The position numbers and the translations under genes were made by a program. The notes under the pieces were generated by a model. That model did not search any database and was not told the DNA's origin. It saw only the letters and a list, made by a program, of their open reading frames with translations. Positions 55,596 through 64,000 of a stretch of 64,000 nt of DNA are shown here, piece by piece. The stretch spans positions 1,315 through 65,314 of the forward strand of contig VMFW01000003.1 in assembly GCA_007376265.1 (NCBI GenBank), given 5' to 3'. Each line of letters opens with the position of its first letter. Within the stretch, counting starts at the first letter, position 1. The stretch is from Parcubacteria group bacterium Gr01-1014_20. Its GTDB lineage: Bacteria; Patescibacteriota; Minisyncoccia; UBA6257; 2-01-FULL-56-20.

Positions 55596-56045
55596 ATGAG
55601 TCTCATCGAGCAAATCAATCTTGAATTTAAGGAGGCGTTTAAATCCAGGAAGGAGATAAAGGTGAACGTTTTAAGGTTTCTGAACGCTCAACTTCACAAC
55701 CGTCGCATTGAAAAAAGATCAAAAGGGGGTGATGTAGAGTTAAGTGATGACGAGGTTTTGGATGTTTTGGGGAAAGAGGTTAAAAAGCGAAAGGAAGCAA
55801 TCGAGCTTTTTAAAAAGAGTGGTAGAGGAGACTTAGTAAAGAAAGAAGAAGAGGAGCTGGTTTTTCTTGAAATCTATTTGCCAAAACAGGTGAGTCGGAA
55901 GGAGATTGAGGAAAAGGTTGAAGCTATTTTGGCCGGAGGCGGGGGCGACTTTGTTTCGACAATGAAAACTCTGATGGCTGAGTTTAAGGGTAGGATTGAC
56001 GGGAAGATCGCCACGGAGATTATCAAGAACAAACTAGGCCAGTAA
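55596..56045 (+). CDS. GatB/YqeY domain protein
   Basis: KKRKEAIELF...EEL..L..YLP. Confidence 0.92.
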   Translation: MSLIEQINLEFKEAFKSRKEIKVNVLRFLNAQLHNRRIEKRSKGGDVELSDDEVLDVLGKEVKKRKEAIELFKKSGRGDLVKKEEEELVFLEIYLPKQVSRKEIEEKVEAILAGGGGDFVSTMKTLMAEFKGRIDGKIATEIIKNKLGQ

Positions 56046-56046
56046 T

Positions 56047-56490
56047 ATGCAAAACAGGGTTTTCGTAACTGTTTTGGATGCTAAGTTTCGGAAGCTTGAA
56101 GGTGAGACACGTTTCGTTTCTCTGAAGGTTTTAGAAATTTTAAAAAGAAAGAAAATTTTTCTAGAGGTTTACTTAGTCAGCGAGGATTCAATCCGGAGGC
56201 TGAACCGAGACTACCGAGGTTCCGACAAACCGACCAACGTCTTGAGTTTCGGGGAGGTTTCGAAGTCCGTTTTTAAAGAGCCTGAGAACGACTTAGGGAA
56301 AGGTTTTCGGGGGATCGGGGAGATCTACTTGTGCCCGAGCTACATTGCCAGGTTCAAAGAGGACTTTCGTCTGATGCTCACGCATGGCCTTTTGCATCTT
56401 TTGGGCTATGACCACGAGCGGAGGAGTGATAGAATAAGAATGCAAAATTTGGAAAAGCGAATATGTCGAAAAATTTTATCGTTGGTTTAG
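56047..56490 (+). CDS. ybeY: rRNA maturation endoribonuclease YbeY
   Basis: LNRDYRG.DKPTNVLSF, HGLLHLLGYDH. Confidence 0.95.
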   Translation: MQNRVFVTVLDAKFRKLEGETRFVSLKVLEILKRKKIFLEVYLVSEDSIRRLNRDYRGSDKPTNVLSFGEVSKSVFKEPENDLGKGFRGIGEIYLCPSYIARFKEDFRLMLTHGLLHLLGYDHERRSDRIRMQNLEKRICRKILSLV

Positions 56491-57695
56491 ATATTGGAAC
56501 GGCTAAGATAAAGGCGGCTGTTTTGGACGGCAGTGGTAAGAAGCCTGTGGTAAGGGCGCTTTTTAAAGAGCAATCGGGGGGTCTTAAGAAGGGAGCTATT
56601 TTTGATGTTACCGAGGCGGCCCAGTCGATAGGAAGGGTTTTGTCGGAGATAAGGCGGATATCTAAGAATGCCACCCGAAATATTTATGTGAATATTGGAA
56701 CACCCCAAGTTAAATCTCAAACTTCGAGAGGGGTGGTGGCGGTTTCGCGGGCTGATAACGAAATTTATAAAGACGATGTTGATCGAGTGGTTCGAGCCAG
56801 TCAGGCGGTGAATTTGGGTCAGAACCGCATGATAATTCATACTTTGACTAGAGATTTCGTGATTGATGGGGTGGGAGATATTTTTGACCCACTTGGGATG
56901 AGCGGAAGCCGGCTTGAGGTTAACAGCCTTGTGGTAGATGCGTTTAGTCCCCACGTGAAAAGTTTAGTTAAGGTGATAGAGTTAACCGGCGGAGATGTGG
57001 GAGGGCTGGTTTTTTCACCGCTTGCGGCGAGTCGGGCGGTTTTAACTAAAGATCAGAAAGATTTAGGGATTGTGATGGTGGATATTGGATTTGGAACAAC
57101 TGGTTTAAGCGTTTATGAGGACGGGAGACTCATAACAGTTTCTAAGTTTCCGGTTGGAGCGGGAAATATTTCTAATGATTTGGCGGTGGGATTGAAGATT
57201 CCGATTCTTGCGGCTGAAAACCTAAAATTGAACTACGGCCACGCCTTCTCAAAGAGTGTTGGGGCACGGGAGACGATTGAACTCGCGAAGCTTTCTCCGG
57301 AGTCAAGAGGAGCTGTTTCACGAAGATTTGTGGCCGATATTATCGAGGCGAGGCTATCTGAGATATTTGAGTTTGTTAATAATGAGTTGAAGTTAATTGG
57401 GCGAGCAGGAAAACTGGTGGGTGGGGTGGTTTTTGTTGGTGGGGGGGCTAAGTTGCCGGGGCTCACCGAACTTGCTAAGCAGGAGCTTAAGCTTTTTAGT
57501 CAGGTGGGTTTTTCGGTGAATCATGATTGGTTGGAATTACCGCCGGAATGTTCCGAGGCTATGGAGGACCCGGAGTTTTCGGGGGCAGTGGGACTGGCGC
57601 TTTGGGGAGCTGATCAAGAGGGTTGGTTGCCAAAGGGAGAAGCTTCTGGTATCTTGGGAAGAATAAAGAAGTTTATCGGGAGTTTTAACCCATAA
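56463..57695 (+). CDS. ftsA: Cell division protein FtsA
   Basis: GLDIGTAKI, DIGFGTT, GGGAKLPG; precedes ftsZ. Confidence 0.96.
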   Translation: MSKNFIVGLDIGTAKIKAAVLDGSGKKPVVRALFKEQSGGLKKGAIFDVTEAAQSIGRVLSEIRRISKNATRNIYVNIGTPQVKSQTSRGVVAVSRADNEIYKDDVDRVVRASQAVNLGQNRMIIHTLTRDFVIDGVGDIFDPLGMSGSRLEVNSLVVDAFSPHVKSLVKVIELTGGDVGGLVFSPLAASRAVLTKDQKDLGIVMVDIGFGTTGLSVYEDGRLITVSKFPVGAGNISNDLAVGLKIPILAAENLKLNYGHAFSKSVGARETIELAKLSPESRGAVSRRFVADIIEARLSEIFEFVNNELKLIGRAGKLVGGVVFVGGGAKLPGLTELAKQELKLFSQVGFSVNHDWLELPPECSEAMEDPEFSGAVGLALWGADQEGWLPKGEASGILGRIKKFIGSFNP

Positions 57696-57699
57696 TTCA

Positions 57700-58932
57700 A
57701 TGGCTAAAAAAGAGAAAAAAGAGAAGATGCAGTCACCCCTATCGGGCATTAAAGTGGTGGGAGTTGGTGGGGCTGGGGGTAACATGGTGACCAGGATGGG
57801 CAAGGATTTTGTGAGGGGGGTAGATTTTATCGCGATAAATACTGACCACCAGGATTTGGATCATTCTGAGGCCAAGAGGAAAATTTATATTGGTCGTAAT
57901 CTGACTCGGGGGTTAGGTACGGGCATGAGTCCGGAGTTGGGCCGGCAGGCGGCAGAAGAAAACCGGTCGGAGATAGCTGAGGCGCTTAGTGGGGCCGACA
58001 TTATTTTTATAGCGGCTGGTTTTGGGGGTGGAACAGGAACGGGGGCTTCTCCGGTAGTAGCCGAGGTGGCAAAGCAATCTGGGGCTTTGACCCTGGCTTT
58101 TGTGGCGAAACCATTTGCTTTTGAAGGGACCCAGCGGGATAAGGTGGCTATCGAGGGACTAGCGAGACTTAGAGATAAGGTGGACGCACTGGTTGTGGTA
58201 GCAAACGATAGAGTTTTCACGATTATCAGTAAAGATACAACTATCAATAAAGCTTTTGAGGTGATTGACGAGGTTTTAAAGAACGCTCTTCGGGGAATAG
58301 TGGAGCTGATTGTTACGCCTGGGATTATTAACGTAGATTTTGCCGATGTAAAAAGCATTATTCAGGATGCCGGGTCGGCTATAATTGGATCTGGCTTAGC
58401 AACTGGTCAAGATAGGGCGATTGCGGCAGTAAATCAAGCTTTAAACTCGCCACTATTGGACGTGAGCGCGGAAGGGGCCAAAGGAGTGCTTCTAGGCATT
58501 TCTGGTGGGAGAGACCTCAAGATGACGGAAATTAATGAGGCGGCCAAAGTAGTGGCCCAAACGGCTGATCCTGGGGCTCGGATAATTTTTGGGGCTTACT
58601 ACGACAGGAGGCTTAAACCCAACCAGATCAAGGTTACTTTGATAGCCACCGGGTTTAACAGCGTTCAGCCGGTTAATTCTTTGTTTGTAAACGAATTTGA
58701 GGCTAAAAAGCCAGAATTTTTAAACGGATTTAAATCAGACGCCACTCAAGACCAAAAATTTAAACCCCTCAAAGATGTTGGGGTGGGGAGACCGGTTGAG
58801 CCACAGCCGAAACCAGGAGCGATATTAGCCAAGGCCTCGATTGAGAAAATAAATTTAGCGGAAGAGAAAAAGAAGGAACGAGAAAGCGATATTTGGGATA
58901 TCCCGACTTTTTTGAGGAAAAGAAAAAAATAA
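57700..58932 (+). CDS. ftsZ: Cell division protein FtsZ
   Basis: GVGGAGGN, GGGTGTG, NVDFAD, C-terminal DIPTFLRK. Confidence 0.98.
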   Translation: MAKKEKKEKMQSPLSGIKVVGVGGAGGNMVTRMGKDFVRGVDFIAINTDHQDLDHSEAKRKIYIGRNLTRGLGTGMSPELGRQAAEENRSEIAEALSGADIIFIAAGFGGGTGTGASPVVAEVAKQSGALTLAFVAKPFAFEGTQRDKVAIEGLARLRDKVDALVVVANDRVFTIISKDTTINKAFEVIDEVLKNALRGIVELIVTPGIINVDFADVKSIIQDAGSAIIGSGLATGQDRAIAAVNQALNSPLLDVSAEGAKGVLLGISGGRDLKMTEINEAAKVVAQTADPGARIIFGAYYDRRLKPNQIKVTLIATGFNSVQPVNSLFVNEFEAKKPEFLNGFKSDATQDQKFKPLKDVGVGRPVEPQPKPGAILAKASIEKINLAEEKKKERESDIWDIPTFLRKRKK

Positions 58933-58954
58933 CTTCTCCATGGAAGTTATTTTT

Positions 58955-60037
58955 TTATTCGATTTCTTCAAGTTCGCGGGGTTTCTCGAGAGTGAGAGGT
59001 TCAGTGCCGACAGCGGTGCCGGTGATTTTTAGCACATCTTTGTCAATTTTGGTGAATTCTCTATAAGCGTTGTTATACGAGCCAACTGTGAGGGTAATGT
59101 TTTTGCCAACTCTAATGAAGTGATCGTCGTATGTTTTAAGATGTCTTCGCAGGTTTTCTACATGCTTTATAATCTCTTTGGTCTGTTCGGATATTTTTTG
59201 ATTACGTAATCCCTGAAGAACTGTTTGAAGATATGCTAAGAATGAGGTTGGAGAGACGATAATGACTTTTTTTTCTCCCGCATAGGCTATTAAATTGCGT
59301 GTATCATCCGTTATTGCACCGACTTTGTTGATTAATAGGTCGTAGTATACGGCCTCGGAAGGAATAAACATGAAGGCGAAATCCATAGTGTCTTCCTCTG
59401 GTTTTACGTATTTTGATGTTTCGTCGATGCGCAACTTTAAGTCAGCTATAAAAGCTGACTCGTATTTTTTTCGTTCGGGCGTTCCGATGGCAGATTCTAG
59501 GATTCTATTATAGTTTTCTAGGCTAAACTTAGAATCTATTGGAACAATTCTCTTGTCTACGAAAACTACAGCATCTACAATGACTCCATCTGAAAAAGCA
59601 TATTGCATTTGGTAGGATCCTGGTGGTAGGACGTTCTTTAAAACCGTTTCCAGGTAGTATTCTCCTAGAATTCCTCTCTGTTTTGGATTTTTTAGGATAT
59701 CCTGAAGGTTTTTTAGTTGGTCAGCAAAACTTACAACTTGCTTGTTTGTTTCATCTAGGCGAGTCAGTTTTTCGGTGATTTCCCCAATAATTTTAGCGTT
59801 TTGGCCAAACTGAGTTTGGAACGTGCGGGTAGACTCTGCTAGTTTTGAATCCATAGTTCGATTTAGGTCTATTATGTGGCTTTGAACAGTTCTATTGTTC
59901 TCTTTGATTTGGTCTATTAGTAGTGCGAGTGACTTATCCTCGGCCTTGTCAGTCTTTTGAGATTTTATGAGTTGCCAAATAAGGCCGAAGCCAATTATCA
60001 AGATTAGACCAATAGCTACCAAGAAGATAATTTCCAT
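58955..60037 (-). CDS. rmuC: DNA recombination protein RmuC
   Basis: TM plus coiled coil, RGILGE, PIDSKF, DFAFMFIPSE, VSPT. Confidence 0.93.
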   Translation of the reverse strand: MEIIFLVAIGLILIIGFGLIWQLIKSQKTDKAEDKSLALLIDQIKENNRTVQSHIIDLNRTMDSKLAESTRTFQTQFGQNAKIIGEITEKLTRLDETNKQVVSFADQLKNLQDILKNPKQRGILGEYYLETVLKNVLPPGSYQMQYAFSDGVIVDAVVFVDKRIVPIDSKFSLENYNRILESAIGTPERKKYESAFIADLKLRIDETSKYVKPEEDTMDFAFMFIPSEAVYYDLLINKVGAITDDTRNLIAYAGEKKVIIVSPTSFLAYLQTVLQGLRNQKISEQTKEIIKHVENLRRHLKTYDDHFIRVGKNITLTVGSYNNAYREFTKIDKDVLKITGTAVGTEPLTLEKPRELEEIE

Positions 60038-60109
60038 CCTTTTATTACTATAATTTTAGCTTTTTGGGAACGAAAAGAAAAACCTAGCTTGAGTTGTTTT
60101 TTTTTCCTC

Positions 60110-60490
60110 TTATCGGACAGTGATTACCGCTTGATGGCTTGGATCTAGCTCGTCGTGATATTTCCATACGCCCGGTTCGGTGAAGGTGAAGTTCCAGGAT
60201 TCGCCAGTTTGAAATTCTTTTCCTGGATCAAAATTTAAATAAGCACTGGAGGTTGGGTGGGGGTCTGATATGGGCCACATGTTAGATTTCCCTAGGTTTT
60301 TAAATGTAATCGTATCTCCCGTTTTTATGAAGGCTTCTTTTGGTATGTAGCCGTTTACCCCGTAAATAATTTCTTTGGTTTTTGTAACGGGGATTGGGGT
60401 CCTTGAATTCTGGATTTTTGAAAACAGGATAATGACAATTATTATGAGTGTCGATACGACAATTATCAGCCAAGTGCGTTTTTTGTTCAC
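60110..60490 (-). CDS. Membrane-anchored cupredoxin-like protein
   Basis: IKTGDTITFKN, SDPHPT, WNFTF..PG.WKYHD. Confidence 0.8.
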   Translation of the reverse strand: MNKKRTWLIIVVSTLIIIVIILFSKIQNSRTPIPVTKTKEIIYGVNGYIPKEAFIKTGDTITFKNLGKSNMWPISDPHPTSSAYLNFDPGKEFQTGESWNFTFTEPGVWKYHDELDPSHQAVITVR

Positions 60491-60532
60491 GGTTTAGATT
60501 TTCTATTGATTGCAACGGTGTGGTTTCGGTTT

Positions 60533-61138
60533 TTAGTTAGTACCACCTCCATGAGGTGCGCTTGGAGTCGAAGTGGGACTGGGTTGAGTTGAGGTGGGTT
60601 TTGGCGGGGAGGGTGGTTTTTGGACTGGGACGACTTGAGTCGCAGAAGGGTTGGGTTCTGCTGTTGGAGTAGAGCTGCTGGGGCTGGTCGTGGTGACGCT
60701 CAGGTTTTTTAGAATTTCTTGATCAAGATTGGGAGGAGGGGTTTTGGGGGTGAAGGTTTCTGGATAGGCGTTTTTTAGGTAGATTCTTGCTCCCACGCTG
60801 ATCGCGACGATGGTGGGGATTAGGATTAGAGGCAGGTAGCTTTTTTTTGGTAGGTTTACCGGCAGTTTTTTAGGCCCCTCTTTCTTGAGTGGCTCATACT
60901 GCTCTATCGTTTCTTTGAGGTGAGCGAAGCGTAGCTGGCTGACTGGGGTTTTGACGTCGTAGTCTGGGGTTTTCTTACTTTCTTCTTTTGGGGTAGCGGT
61001 TTTAACCGCCGTCAGGGTGTCAGAAATATCAACTTCCTTCCAGCCAACCGAAGCTAAATCGGTCTTAATGATTTCTTCCGACTTTCCGTTCTGGAGATTT
61101 TTGCGGATGAAATCTTCTATTTCTTTGATAACTGGCAT
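60533..61138 (-). CDS. Hypothetical membrane protein with Pro/Thr-rich tail
   Basis: Helical N-terminus, one TM, low-complexity C-terminus. Confidence 0.7.
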   Translation of the reverse strand: MPVIKEIEDFIRKNLQNGKSEEIIKTDLASVGWKEVDISDTLTAVKTATPKEESKKTPDYDVKTPVSQLRFAHLKETIEQYEPLKKEGPKKLPVNLPKKSYLPLILIPTIVAISVGARIYLKNAYPETFTPKTPPPNLDQEILKNLSVTTTSPSSSTPTAEPNPSATQVVPVQKPPSPPKPTSTQPSPTSTPSAPHGGGTN

Positions 61139-61215
61139 TAACTTGGCGTATTTTTGTAAGACAGCTTGGTCGGGACTGCTTAATTTTAACAGAACAAGCG
61201 GACGAGCAAAATAGC

Positions 61216-61653
61216 TTAAGAAGCGACTAGGCCTCCTCGATCGGCAAAGTAGGTTTCGATGTTTAAATTTTTGTCTAAGTTGGCCTTAAGTAGCAGGCGA
61301 GCTTTTTGAAATTCTGTTTTATGAAAAACACTCTCTTCGTTTTCGGTCTCGAATTTTTTCCCATAAGCGCCACAGTTAGCGTGATTTACGAGGATGATGT
61401 TTGGGGCGTGGTGGAGCTCGATCAGTTTTTTGATCTGACCAAAAGCAAATGAATTTTCGGGTTTTATGGCATCGGCTAAGTCTTTGGAGCCACCGGCGAT
61501 TTTTACTAGATCGACGTGTTTAAATTGCTTGAGTTTTATGAAATCACTTAAGAGGCTTGAAAACCTATCGTCGACGCACCAGAGGATGACCGCGTCAGCC
61601 TGATAGTGAGCCATATCGATTTCGCTTTTTATTAGTCTGTTTTCGTTTGTCAT
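61216..61653 (-). CDS. Beta-carbonic-anhydrase-like protein
   Basis: CVDDR...AGG...HANCGAY zinc-ligand pattern. Confidence 0.75.
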   Translation of the reverse strand: MTNENRLIKSEIDMAHYQADAVILWCVDDRFSSLLSDFIKLKQFKHVDLVKIAGGSKDLADAIKPENSFAFGQIKKLIELHHAPNIILVNHANCGAYGKKFETENEESVFHKTEFQKARLLLKANLDKNLNIETYFADRGGLVAS

Positions 61654-61661
61654 CGTAATTA

Positions 61662-64000
<2,339 letters not shown>

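Overview
Chromosomal window from a reduced-genome bacterium. Gene content and synteny (rpsO-NYN-pnp, lepB-hisS-like-HIT-rpsU-yqeY-ybeY-ftsA-ftsZ, short atpC, PaaX/Cas2-like gene, large type IV pilus locus, giant PG-binding surface protein) point to Patescibacteria/CPR, probably Parcubacteria; this is an inference. Most genes are on the G/T-rich + strand. Content: four tRNAs, a Xer recombinase, pnp, recA, rodZ-like, ftsK, phosphohexomutase, htrA, a broken clpB, galU-like, S-layer-like protein plus O-antigen-ligase-like gene, gyrB, secE, nusG, rpsR, parAB, RelA/SpoT, topA, dprA, a type IV pilus cluster, pth, lepB, ftsAZ, rmuC and the end of the atp operon. No rRNA, CRISPR array, transposase or prophage was seen. 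The most interesting signals are non-coding or hidden inside genes: (1) a PaaX/Cas2-like gene bracketed by two 30-38 bp palindromes between a tRNA and a Xer recombinase; (2) an HTH gene carrying repeated TCGGCAA boxes in its own coding sequence and promoter, plus a DnaA box on its start codon; (3) a GTCGA hairpin motif in the leaders of the S-layer and major pilin genes; (4) a 101-bp MITE with a 6-bp target duplication that keeps dprA-topA translational coupling; (5) apparent leaderless core genes versus SD-led orphan genes; (6) several families of hairpin and heptamer repeats, including tRNA-derived relics.
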